Shown: one piece after another, positions 50,129 to 59,492 of the stretch
Numbering within the stretch: the stretch's first letter is position 1
Layout: every line of letters starts with the position of its first letter
NCBI GenBank assembly: GCA_022844165.1
Contig: JALHMH010000005.1
Coordinates: forward strand, 1 to 64,000
Length of the DNA stretch: 64,000 bases
DNA from: Lysobacterales bacterium
GTDB taxonomy: Bacteria > Pseudomonadota > Gammaproteobacteria > Xanthomonadales > SZUA-5
Direction of reading: 5' to 3'
The notes under the pieces: generated by a model
What the model was told of the DNA's origin: nothing
The model's database searches: none
Seen by the model: the letters and a program-made list of their open reading frames with translations, nothing else
Made by a program: the position numbers and the translations under genes

Positions 50129-52219
50129 CTACTCGAACCCATCGATGAGCAGTGGTTCACTGGTACAGACGCGCGAACGCTCTGGATCGATGTAGACATG
50201 GAATGCGGCGCCCGCAGGAATCGCCGCACCGTCGCCGCGCTCGATGGCCCATTGTCCGCGACCCTGTGTCGCAGAGTTGTAGCTCAACAGCAGATTGCTC
50301 GGTACGTACACGTTGTTCGGATTGTAAACGGCGGTGACGAAAGGATGTGCGCACTCGATGTTGTCCAACAAGGGGTGGCTGATGTTGAGTATCTGCACCG
50401 CAACGCCCAGTGGTTCGGTCCGAAACGCGTGGGTTCCTGCGGCAAACAACGGGTTGGGAATGAGCACATTGAATGCAGCGCCTTCGGGCATCGCAGGTGG
50501 GAGACCAGCCACGGGCGCTTGATTGAAAACGCGCCAGCGATTGACCGATGTGTCGAACCACACGCCGATCGAGGAGTTGTTGTAAACGCCACTACCAGCC
50601 TGTGCCGGATCCCACCGCTGTGTCACGATCGGCAGCGCGTTTGGCTGATTGTTGAGTTGCGTGTTGTCGAGCGTCGTCAGGTTGAAACCGGTGTTCGCCG
50701 CGACGGCGGTGTGCACGTACGAGGTTTGCGTATCGATGTTCAGCAACACGAAGTAGCGCCGCCCGGTGGGCATCGGCGCACTCGTGTTTTGGTTGAAGAT
50801 GTTCCACAGGTTGATGCCACCGCTAAACCAAACACCGGTATGGTTGGCCGCGCCGGCAGGTAAAGGTGTCACGCCATCGATCTCGCGACCGAAGTGGCTC
50901 AGCGTGAGATTGTCGTTCGGTAGCAGTCCGACGGGTGGCGTTGCGATGCGTGTGACATTGCTATTGACATTGGCCGCCAGGCTGTAGTGTTCGAAACTCT
51001 GATCGAAGCTGCGCTCGTGCGCACCGATATCCACGGTCCCGCCGACGCGCCCTGCCCGGCCATCGATATCGGGCAAGGGAACAGGAACAATGATCACGAT
51101 CACCGGCTGATCGCTATTGTTCCCGGCGTTGACTTGTGGTGCCCCACTGTCTCGCGCCTGGAAATCGAATGGGCCGCGAAACCTGGCGATCGCGTTCACA
51201 TCGTTCGCGCCTGCCACAGTATTGCAGTAGGGCGTTGGGCTCTGCGAGTACAAATTGAAATTGTGCGTGGTTGAGATACCCGCTGCCGAAAGGAACTCGA
51301 TTCCACAGTTGGTTGCGCGATGCACAATGTTGTTCGCAATGCGCCCGGCAACCGTGTTGCTCGCATCGCGCTGCAGGGCTACACCGGACAAATTGGCCCC
51401 AGAAAGCGTGTTATTGAGCACCGATGCGATCAATGGCGCCGCCGTTGCGCGGATGACCACACCGGTGTCGACATTGAAGATCGCATTGCGCGTCACACGC
51501 ACCGTTGCAGGCAACGTGCCACCACCGGTTCCCGATACGAAAACCCCTGCCGACAGGGTTCCGCCGATCGGCAGTTGCTGCAGCCGACCAATTCGGTTGC
51601 CGTTGATGTTAACGGCCCCGTCGTGCGCCGAAATCAAAGCGGCAACGCCGGATCCTCGCACCAGCATTTGATTGTTGCGTACATTGATCGCCGGTCGTGC
51701 CGCGCCCACACCGCCATCGAAGAACAGTGCCGCACCAGAGGGATTGCCTTGCGTAAGATAAGAGCGTTCAACAGTCACGGTGTACGTCGAGGCCGCACCA
51801 GCTGCCTCGCTGATTTGCACGGCCGAAAACGAGGTACCGCCGGGCTCCAGGCGCATGTTGTCGAGCCCGATCGATTGAGTTTGGGCGACGACGCCAGATC
51901 CAACCCGGACGAAAACCTGGCCACGCAGGCGCAGATTCGACAGTGATATGTTGATGTTGGCCCCGGTCGCCGTCAGGTCAATGCTCCGTCCATCGGCGAA
52001 TAGGGCTGCGGCCCCCCGTTTGGTCAGTGTCAGGCTCTTGTTGGAGATGATCAGCGATTCGTTGATTACCCCTTCGGTCGTGATCTGCACGGTATCGCCG
52101 GTTGCCGCGGCATTAATACAGGCCTGCAGCGTGGTCGAACAGATACCGCTGCCCGGCCAGTTCAATTCGGCCGCTACTGCGGAATGACTTACCAGGGCGA
52201 GCAGCAATAGGCGTCTCAT
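50129..52219 (-). CDS. Secreted right-handed beta-helix protein with three C-terminal repeat modules and GFE tail
   Basis: Signal peptide, TLQACINAA..GDTV, Asn-ladder strands, DIDG..R....VDIGAHE, ends SEPLLIDGFE. Confidence 0.85.
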   Translation of the reverse strand: MRRLLLLALVSHSAVAAELNWPGSGICSTTLQACINAAATGDTVQITTEGVINESLIISNKSLTLTKRGAAALFADGRSIDLTATGANINISLSNLRLRGQVFVRVGSGVVAQTQSIGLDNMRLEPGGTSFSAVQISEAAGAASTYTVTVERSYLTQGNPSGAALFFDGGVGAARPAINVRNNQMLVRGSGVAALISAHDGAVNINGNRIGRLQQLPIGGTLSAGVFVSGTGGGTLPATVRVTRNAIFNVDTGVVIRATAAPLIASVLNNTLSGANLSGVALQRDASNTVAGRIANNIVHRATNCGIEFLSAAGISTTHNFNLYSQSPTPYCNTVAGANDVNAIARFRGPFDFQARDSGAPQVNAGNNSDQPVIVIIVPVPLPDIDGRAGRVGGTVDIGAHERSFDQSFEHYSLAANVNSNVTRIATPPVGLLPNDNLTLSHFGREIDGVTPLPAGAANHTGVWFSGGINLWNIFNQNTSAPMPTGRRYFVLLNIDTQTSYVHTAVAANTGFNLTTLDNTQLNNQPNALPIVTQRWDPAQAGSGVYNNSSIGVWFDTSVNRWRVFNQAPVAGLPPAMPEGAAFNVLIPNPLFAAGTHAFRTEPLGVAVQILNISHPLLDNIECAHPFVTAVYNPNNVYVPSNLLLSYNSATQGRGQWAIERGDGAAIPAGAAFHVYIDPERSRVCTSEPLLIDGFE

Positions 52220-52295
52220 GACCGTCGGTTCCTACTTCGATGGAATGTCCATCTATCCGCAGGAAAGTGGCAAAACCCGACAACGCCCTTCCAGA

Positions 52296-53216
52296 CTACC
52301 AAACCGAACCGTCAAGCCCACCCAATCCGTCGCCCACAATGCCACGGGAGGTGCGCAGCGTGCCGTCGCGGGCGACGCCAATCGCGATCAACCGACCGGC
52401 AGCGAACACCGCTACTGGGTCCGCCTGGACTTGTGTTGGCATCGCCTGCCCGTGCCGAAAGCGAATCGCAGCGGCATCGTCCAGATCGATTCTGGGCAGG
52501 TGCGCAACGCCGGATTCCATGGGCAACAGTAGCGAATCCAGCCGCTCGACGTCGGCTTTTTCGATCTCATCGAGTGTATGCATCGAGTGCGAAACGAACG
52601 GTGCAGCCCAGGTTCGCCGCAGTGTCGCGACATGCGCTCCGCAGCCCAGTGTTTGACCGATATCGTCGACCAGCGAGCGGACATACGTCCCGCTGGAGAC
52701 GTCGCAATCGAGCGTGATCAACGGCAGTTCGAGCACGACGATTTCCAACCGCGAAACTCTGATCGCGCGCGACGGCCTATCAACAATCTCGCCACGGCGC
52801 GCGAGCTCGTACAGGGGTCGACCATTGCGTTTGAGCGCCGAATACATGGGCGGCACCTGCATCTGCGCACCGCGGAAAGCTGTTAGCGTTTGTTCGACAT
52901 CGTCGCGTGTCAGCGCCGGTACCGGCAGCGATTCGACCGCGACGCCTTCGGCATCTAAAGTATCGGTGCGCACGCCGAGACGGACGGTGACTCGATAGCC
53001 CTTGTCGCCCCCGAGCATCAACCCCGCGAGTTTGGTCGCTTCGCCAAAGCAAATCGGCAACAATCCGCTGGCCAGAGGATCGAGTGCGCCTGTGTGCCCA
53101 GCCTTGTCTGCGCGATACACGCGGCGCACGCGTTGCAAAGCGGCGTTGGAGCCAGGCCCTGAGGGCTTATCGAGCAGCAGAATGCCGCTCACGCGGCGCG
53201 CGCCTCGCATGGGCAA
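52296..53216 (-). CDS. truB: tRNA pseudouridine(55) synthase
   Basis: LLLDKP, KAGHTGALDPLASG, QVPPMYSALK, SGTYVRSL; start within a few codons. Confidence 0.96.
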   Translation of the reverse strand: MPMRGARRVSGILLLDKPSGPGSNAALQRVRRVYRADKAGHTGALDPLASGLLPICFGEATKLAGLMLGGDKGYRVTVRLGVRTDTLDAEGVAVESLPVPALTRDDVEQTLTAFRGAQMQVPPMYSALKRNGRPLYELARRGEIVDRPSRAIRVSRLEIVVLELPLITLDCDVSSGTYVRSLVDDIGQTLGCGAHVATLRRTWAAPFVSHSMHTLDEIEKADVERLDSLLLPMESGVAHLPRIDLDDAAAIRFRHGQAMPTQVQADPVAVFAAGRLIAIGVARDGTLRTSRGIVGDGLGGLDGSVW

Positions 53217-53567
53217 TCAGCTCTTCAAACTGTCGCGCAATAATTGGTCGATGCGATCGCCACGATCGACCGAATCGTCATAGTGGAAGCGTAGCTCCGG
53301 CATCATGCGCAGCGCTAGCTGTTTGGCCAATATCTGTCGGTAGCGTTTGGCTTCTTCTTTGAGTAACGCCAACGCCGCTTTCGACTCTTCGCTGCGCAGC
53401 GCCGTGACGAACACCTTTGCGACAGCTAAATCGCGACTGACCTCGACGTCCGAAACGCTGACCTCAGGCAGCAAGCCGCCACGCACATCTTCGTGAACCA
53501 GTACCGCCACTTCGCGGCGCAGCAAGGCGGCAATGCGATCAGTCCGAGCAAAGGTCGAGCGGGGCAT
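53217..53567 (-). CDS. rbfA: Ribosome-binding factor A
   Basis: RTDRIA, VSDVEVSRDL..AKVF, PELRFHYDDS. Confidence 0.95.
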   Translation of the reverse strand: MPRSTFARTDRIAALLRREVAVLVHEDVRGGLLPEVSVSDVEVSRDLAVAKVFVTALRSEESKAALALLKEEAKRYRQILAKQLALRMMPELRFHYDDSVDRGDRIDQLLRDSLKS

Positions 53568-53625
53568 GAGAGTTCCTGGACGAAAAGCAAAAAAAAAGTA
53601 TCGGAAACGGAACGGATTGTGCGCG

Positions 53626-53904
53626 TCAGCTCAGCGCTTTCCATAACGTCGCGGCACCGATCAGCAAGAAGCCGACGCCCGCAATGATGTGCAGCACTTT
53701 TGGGCTGATCACGTTGGACAACAGATGCCCGGCCAGAACGCCTATCGCACTCGACAACACCAACGCCAGCGAAGCACCCAGAAAAACAGTCCACTTGCTG
53801 ACCTGCTTGTCTGCCGCGAACAACATCGTCGACAGCTGCGTTTTGTCGCCCAATTCGGCGATAAAGACCGTCAAAAAGACAGTAAGGAGAAGCTTAAGAT
53901 CCAT
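53626..53904 (-). CDS. TMEM165/GDT1 (UPF0016) single-repeat membrane protein
   Basis: FIAELGDKTQL motif, three TM helices. Confidence 0.9.
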   Translation of the reverse strand: MDLKLLLTVFLTVFIAELGDKTQLSTMLFAADKQVSKWTVFLGASLALVLSSAIGVLAGHLLSNVISPKVLHIIAGVGFLLIGAATLWKALS

Positions 53905-53989
53905 GCTCTGGTACTCGCATTTCAACAAGGAAAGCGGGCGTGACACCAACCGCTCCGGGTTGGTGCCGCGTCACATCGTACCTGCTCGC

Positions 53990-56596
53990 TTAACCCAACG
54001 TCCGCTGTACTTCAACGCGATCGAAACACTCGATCTGATCGCCGACCTTTACGTCGTTGTACGCTTTCACGGCGATACCGCATTCTGTGCCCATACGCAC
54101 CTCGTCAACGAGATCCTTGAAGCGCCGCAGCGATTCGAGCTCGCCCTCAAAGACCACGACATTGTCGCGCAACACACGAATGGGCTTGTTGCGACGGACG
54201 ACGCCTTCGATCACCATACAACCTGCGACCGAACCGAATTTGCTGGAGCGGAATACGTCGCGCACTTGCGCCAGGCCAATAATCTGCTCGCGCGTCTCGG
54301 TGCCGAGCATGCCGGTCAACGACTTGCGTACGTGGTCGATCGCTTCATAAATGATGCTGTAGTAGTTGATCTCGACGCCGCCCTCCTGGAGCACCTTACG
54401 CGCTTGCGCATCGGCACGGACGTTAAAGCCGATCACGACAGCCTTGCTGGCCACCGCCAAGGTAGCATCGGATTCGGTAATGCCACCGACGCCGGAGGCG
54501 ATGATGTTGACCTTGATCTGATCCGTTGCCAACTTCGTCAAAGATTCGCGCAAGGCTTCGGACGAACCCTGGACGTCCGCCTTGATCAGCAGGTTCAGAG
54601 TTTGCACATCGCCCTGACCCATCTGCGCAAACAGATCGTCGAGTTTCGTGGATTGTTTGGCAAGGCGCACATCTCGACTCTTCAGTTCGCGCGCGGTTGC
54701 AGCATCGCGCGCCGCGCGTTCGTCGGCCACGACCACAAAATCGTCGCCAGCGTTCGGCGTACCTTGCAGACCGATGACCACAGCAGGAATCGATGGGCCC
54801 GCCTCGGCGATCTGGCGACCCGCTTCATCGAACATCGCGCGCACTCGACCCCACTGCATACCAGCGAGCACGACATCGCCCTTGCGCAAGGTACCCGATT
54901 GCACCAACACCGTCGCTACCGAACCGCGGCCCTTTTCCAAGGTCGATTCGACGACAGTCCCACGAGCTCGACCTTTCTCCGGCGCCCTCAGCTCCAAGAC
55001 CTCAGACTGCACCAGAATCGCGTCGAGCAAGTTGTCGATGCCCATGCCGGTTTTTGCCGACACCGGAATGAACTGCACATCGCCACCGTACTCTTCCGGC
55101 ACCACTTCTTGTTGCAATAAGCCTTGTTTGACGCGCTCCGGATCAGCGTCGGTTTTGTCCATTTTGTTGACCGCAACGATGATCGGGACCTTTGCGGCTT
55201 TCGCGTGGTTAATGGCCTCAATCGTTTGCGGCATGACGCCGTCGTCGGCTGCAACTACCAGCACAACAATGTCTGTCACTTTCGCGCCTCGGGCACGCAT
55301 CTGCGTGAACGCAGCGTGGCCGGGCGTATCAAGGAACGTGATGACCCCCTTCTTGGTGTTTACATGGTAAGCGCCAATGTGCTGGGTAATGCCACCCGCT
55401 TCGCCCGATGCCACACGGGTGCGCCGAATATGATCGAGTAAAGAGGTCTTACCATGATCGACGTGACCCATAACGGTTACAACGGGCGGCCGCGTTGTGG
55501 CCTCGCCGGCGCTTGGATCCTGGCTCGTCAACTCGCTCTCAAGGTCACGATCGCCGGCACGTTTGACCGAATGCCCAAGCTCTTCGGTGACCAGCACCGC
55601 GGTGTCGTGATCGATGGTCTGGTTGATTGTGACCATGACGCCCATCTTCATCAACGCCTTGATGACTTCCGGCGCTTTGACTGCCAATTTGGCAGCCAGC
55701 TCGGCAACGATGATCGTCTCACCCACCTCGACTTCGCGAACAACCGGCGCCGTTGGCCGGGAGAAGCCGTGGTCGCGCCCGCTGCCACGTTGCTCGGGTG
55801 CCTTGCCACGCGGCTTCTTCTTGCCGGGGCGTCGTGCACCATCGGCCAGATGTAATTCGCCGCGATTGAAGCTCGGTTCGGTTTCTTCGACAACGGCCTC
55901 ACCGAAGGCACGACCATGCGTGCGTTTTGCGCCCGGAATGGGTTTGTGTCCCCGCGGTTTTTCGTCAGCCAACTCGCGCTTCTTGGGTTTTTCGACGACG
56001 GGCGGTGGCGCTTTGGGTTTTTCCGCCTCCGGTGGACGAATCGCCTCTTCCTCGGCGGCACGCGCGGCTGCCTCGGCGGCCAGTTGCTCGGCCCCCTCGC
56101 GCTCCTCACGCTCGCGGCGACGTTGCTCTTCTAACTCCCGCTGTCGCTCTTCGTCCGCAACTCGCCGCGCTTCGGCATCACGCCGTGCGATGTCTTCCGC
56201 ATCGCGACGGAGTTGCGATTCCGCCAGCAGCTTCTGAGCGTGTTCGCGTTCGGGATCGGCCTCGCCTTGTTCGGCTACGGTGCTGCGTTTAACGTAGGTC
56301 TTCTTTTGCCGCACTTCAACGTTGACGGTCTTCCCGCCGCCTCTGGAACCACCGGGCGACAGTGTAATTTCGCTGACCGTCTTGCGCTTGAGCGTGATCT
56401 GGCTGGGTGCTTTCAAGTCCTCTTTCGCCTTGCCGTGCGAAGCACGCAAATGCTCCAGCAGCTTGACTTTTTCCGCAGCACTGACCTCCTGCTGTACGCC
56501 GGTCACTTTAAGGCCGGCCTCCGCCAGTTGCTCCAGCAGCCGCTCCGGCGAAACGCCGAGCACGGTCGCTAATTTTTCTACGGTGATGCCGGCCAT
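53990..56596 (-). CDS. infB: Translation initiation factor IF-2
   Basis: [34 protein letters not shown]. Confidence 0.98.
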   Translation of the reverse strand: MAGITVEKLATVLGVSPERLLEQLAEAGLKVTGVQQEVSAAEKVKLLEHLRASHGKAKEDLKAPSQITLKRKTVSEITLSPGGSRGGGKTVNVEVRQKKTYVKRSTVAEQGEADPEREHAQKLLAESQLRRDAEDIARRDAEARRVADEERQRELEEQRRREREEREGAEQLAAEAAARAAEEEAIRPPEAEKPKAPPPVVEKPKKRELADEKPRGHKPIPGAKRTHGRAFGEAVVEETEPSFNRGELHLADGARRPGKKKPRGKAPEQRGSGRDHGFSRPTAPVVREVEVGETIIVAELAAKLAVKAPEVIKALMKMGVMVTINQTIDHDTAVLVTEELGHSVKRAGDRDLESELTSQDPSAGEATTRPPVVTVMGHVDHGKTSLLDHIRRTRVASGEAGGITQHIGAYHVNTKKGVITFLDTPGHAAFTQMRARGAKVTDIVVLVVAADDGVMPQTIEAINHAKAAKVPIIVAVNKMDKTDADPERVKQGLLQQEVVPEEYGGDVQFIPVSAKTGMGIDNLLDAILVQSEVLELRAPEKGRARGTVVESTLEKGRGSVATVLVQSGTLRKGDVVLAGMQWGRVRAMFDEAGRQIAEAGPSIPAVVIGLQGTPNAGDDFVVVADERAARDAATARELKSRDVRLAKQSTKLDDLFAQMGQGDVQTLNLLIKADVQGSSEALRESLTKLATDQIKVNIIASGVGGITESDATLAVASKAVVIGFNVRADAQARKVLQEGGVEINYYSIIYEAIDHVRKSLTGMLGTETREQIIGLAQVRDVFRSSKFGSVAGCMVIEGVVRRNKPIRVLRDNVVVFEGELESLRRFKDLVDEVRMGTECGIAVKAYNDVKVGDQIECFDRVEVQRTLG

Positions 56597-56695
56597 ACCT
56601 TCTCCGAAATGAATCTCTTGTCACTCGTTGTTGCCGCCTTCGCGGCAGTGCATTCGTCCGCCCATCGGTCCGCGTTTAACCCGGGCCAAATACCA

Positions 56696-58186
56696 TCACT
56701 GGTCTGCGAACATTGCAGAGCGCGCGGCCATGATCAACGACCGCGCGCGGTCTTCTGTCATGCCCTCGAACTCCATTAGCTCATCGGTCGCCAAATCCGC
56801 CAGGTCGTCTCGCGTACGGACTCCGCCCGCCGCCAGCGTGTAGGCCATCGCATCATCCATCCCTTCCAAGCCAAGCAGAGATTCGTCCGGCCGGTTCTCG
56901 TCGATCGCTTCTTCCTTGGCGATCAGCTCAGTCAGTAATGCGTCGCGAGCTCGGGCGCGCAACTCTTCAACCAGATCTTCATCGAACTCATCGACGTTCA
57001 GCAACTCGCCAGCTGGCACGTATGCCACTTCTTCGACGGAACTGAAGCCTTCTCGCACCAGGATTGCCGCGATCTCAGCGTCGACCTGCAAACGGTCTTT
57101 GAACAATTCCAGCGTCGCTGCGGATTCGGCCTCGCCCTTTGCGGAGGCCTGCGCCTGGGTCATCACATTCAGCTGCCAACCCGTGAGCTTGCTGGCCAAA
57201 CGCACGTTTTGGCCACCACGGCCGATCGCCTGGCTAAGCTTGTCTTCTGCGACCGCCAGATCCATCGCGTGCTTCTCTTCGTCAACGACGATCGATTGCA
57301 CTTCCGCGGGCGCCATCGCGTTGATCACGAACTGCGCCGGATTGTCGTTCCACAAGACGATGTCGATGCGTTCGCCATTCAGCTCGTTCGAGACCGCCTT
57401 GACGCGCGAACCTTGCATACCAATGCAGGCACCCACCGGATCGGTCCGGTGATCGTTGGCGCGCACCGCGATCTTCGCGCGGTCACCCGGATCGCGCGCT
57501 GCGGCCATCACATTGACAACGCCCTGCCCCACTTCCGGCACTTCGAGCTTAAACAGCTCCATCATGAACTCTGGCGCCGTGCGCGAGATGAACAACTGCG
57601 GACCTCGCGTTTCGCTCTTGACATCGAACAAATACCCGCGCACGCGATCGCCAGTGCGAAAGTTCTCGCGTGGCACCATGCGTTCGCGAAGAATGATGGC
57701 TTCGGCGTTGCCGCCCAAATCCAAGTACACGTGCCCACGTTCCACGCGTTTGACAACGCCGGTCACCAACGTCCCGATTCGATCTTTGAACTGGTCTACA
57801 ACCTGCGCACGTTCGGCTTCGCGCACGCGCTGCACGATGACTTGTTTTGCGGCCTGCGCGGCGATTCGACCAAATTCGGCATTCTCGATTTGTTCTTCGA
57901 CAAACCCGCCAATCTCAATGTTGGGATCGTCCTCGCGGGCCACCGTCAAAGCGGTTTGACGTTCCGGAAATTCGAGCTGCTGATCGTCGGCAATCACTTC
58001 CCAACGACGGAACGTCTCGTAATTGCCGTTCGACCGATTAATGGTCACACGTGTCAAGATGTCGCCGCCGTGTTTACGCTTGGCCGCCGAGGCAAGCGCC
58101 GCTTCCAGCGCGTCAAAAATGACCGCCCGGCTGACGCCTTTTTCATTCGCAACCGCATCGGCGACCAGCAGCATTTCCTTACTCAT
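56696..58186 (-). CDS. nusA: Transcription termination factor NusA
   Basis: VANEKGV, FGRIAAQAAKQVI, S1 and KH domains, AIGRGGQNVRLA, acidic repeats. Confidence 0.98.
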   Translation of the reverse strand: MSKEMLLVADAVANEKGVSRAVIFDALEAALASAAKRKHGGDILTRVTINRSNGNYETFRRWEVIADDQQLEFPERQTALTVAREDDPNIEIGGFVEEQIENAEFGRIAAQAAKQVIVQRVREAERAQVVDQFKDRIGTLVTGVVKRVERGHVYLDLGGNAEAIILRERMVPRENFRTGDRVRGYLFDVKSETRGPQLFISRTAPEFMMELFKLEVPEVGQGVVNVMAAARDPGDRAKIAVRANDHRTDPVGACIGMQGSRVKAVSNELNGERIDIVLWNDNPAQFVINAMAPAEVQSIVVDEEKHAMDLAVAEDKLSQAIGRGGQNVRLASKLTGWQLNVMTQAQASAKGEAESAATLELFKDRLQVDAEIAAILVREGFSSVEEVAYVPAGELLNVDEFDEDLVEELRARARDALLTELIAKEEAIDENRPDESLLGLEGMDDAMAYTLAAGGVRTRDDLADLATDELMEFEGMTEDRARSLIMAARSAMFADQ

Positions 58187-58679
58187 CGGACTTTCCTTTA
58201 GCTTTTCTCGGCTTCATCGCCGTTTCGAACTGCGGCACAAGCCGCGCTTTGTCGATATCGCCATGACGCAACGACACTTCAACCCCGTCGACGGCGAGCG
58301 TGATGCCCGAATCATCGGCGGCTTTCAGCGCGCCCTGAAACTTGCGGCGATTGTTGATCGGCGCGAGCGACTGCACGCGCAAAACTTCGCCAATAAATCG
58401 CTGGTATTGCGACGGCGCGAAAATCGGCCGATCGATGCCCGGCGAGGATACTTCCAGCGTGTAGTTACCGCTAATCGGATCGTTCACATCCAGCAGCGCC
58501 GAAATCTCGCGGCTGGCCGCCTCGCAGTCCTCCAAAGTCACCGGACGCCCAGGATGATCGATATAGACGCGCAACAGCCCACGCGATCGCGATAACGCCA
58601 GTTCCAAACCCCATAAATCCAGACCCAAGGAGCCGATGGCGGGCGCCAGCAACGCTTGCAGTTGGTCCTTCTTTGCCAT
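58179..58679 (-). CDS. rimP: Ribosome maturation factor RimP
   Basis: LRVYID, DCEAASREISALLDV.DPI, YTLEVSSPGIDRP. Confidence 0.96.
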   Translation of the reverse strand: MAKKDQLQALLAPAIGSLGLDLWGLELALSRSRGLLRVYIDHPGRPVTLEDCEAASREISALLDVNDPISGNYTLEVSSPGIDRPIFAPSQYQRFIGEVLRVQSLAPINNRRKFQGALKAADDSGITLAVDGVEVSLRHGDIDKARLVPQFETAMKPRKAKGKSDE

Positions 58680-58711
58680 AGGCCGATGGTCTTTACCAAA
58701 ATTATTGCGGG

Positions 58712-58740
58712 CAACAAAAAAGCCTCCGAAGAGGCTTTCT
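58712..58740 (-). terminator. rimP-leader-like terminator hairpin
   Basis: Minus strand AAAGCCTC-TTCG-GAGGCTTT then TTTGTTG, about 35 nt before rimP. Confidence 0.7.
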
Positions 58741-58800
58741 GACGAAAACCAGTGGAACCGAGCTCTAAAGCATGAGGCGGTTAACCACACAAGGCCCCGA

Positions 58801-58829
58801 AGGATAACCTCAGAGATCCCATAGAGCAA
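58801..58829 (-). promoter_or_regulatory. Putative sigma70 promoter of rimP-nusA-infB
   Basis: TTGCTC-N17-TATCCT on the minus strand. Confidence 0.5.
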
Positions 58830-58839
58830 GGGACAACGC

Positions 58840-59244
58840 CTAAGCTTGGGTCAGGTCGCGCTGGAGTCCTTGACGGAGCCGGAACTTGTCATTTGAGTCA
58901 AATTTTCGTCGGAGCTGCTTTGGCAGTTGAAGCCCCCTTGAGGGCGGCTCGACGCGGATCAGCACCGGGAAGTCCGTTGGTACCGTGACGTCCAGACCCG
59001 GGAGCCGCGGCTGAATCGCTGCTGGGCTGATGATGAAGGCGTCAATCCCAAGGTTCTCCACGCTCAGGTTCTCTGGCGACGAGAACTCCAGCCGCAAAGT
59101 CGCGGTGTAGGTGGGCACGGCTACACTCGGCAGCGCGATCTCGGCCGTCGCGACGTTTCCAACAATGGTGACTGAAACATCGGCCGGCGCGTTTGCCGCG
59201 TAGAGCGCTAGCGCGGCGATGGCGATTCGAGTGGCAAGAGGCAT
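58840..59244 (-). pseudogene. Exported protein gene (DUF6689-like), probably 3'-truncated
   Basis: Signal peptide and LSVENLGI...PRLP....FPVLIRVEPP, after which the frame reads through repeat copy B. Confidence 0.55.
58885..58942. repeat. Copy B of the dispersed ~58-bp element
   Basis: 48/58 identity to 299-355; contains perfect palindrome ATTTGA-G-TCAAAT. Confidence 0.7.
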
Positions 59245-59420
59245 GATCGTTACGGAGCTCAGTAGTAAGGTGGTGGCGCACAACTGACGACATCAAGACT
59301 CGGCCCCTTCCCTGGGGCCGCGTTCTTTGCGGTAGATGCCTCCAACTTCGCCGACGCGAGCCCGACCAGGCGCTTGCGGGCCATTGATGCTCCTGGCGCA
59401 ACGGCCAAAAATGCCACCTG

Positions 59421-59434
59421 TTGATTCAAGTCAA
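59421..59434. promoter_or_regulatory. FNR/Anr box upstream of hemN
   Basis: TTGAT-TCAA-GTCAA, one mismatch to TTGAT-N4-ATCAA, about 60 nt before hemN. Confidence 0.7.
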
Positions 59435-59492
59435 TGGCGAAGATGACGAACCGACCTAAGGTTCGACTCCGACGACAAAACGCCACGGCCCC

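Noticed and set aside
53583-53597. A-rich tract before rbfA as terminator or phase-variable site
   Set aside because: No convincing upstream stem and it is non-coding
53684-55120. Long antisense ORFs (also 30654-31904, 17040-18284, 18892-20100, 5204-6475, 36109-37281, 42660-43787)
   Set aside because: Shadows of well-supported genes on the opposite strand, expected in high-GC DNA
58745-58880. tRNA-Met upstream of rimP
   Set aside because: No cloverleaf, T-loop GTTC motif in context or CCA end found by eye
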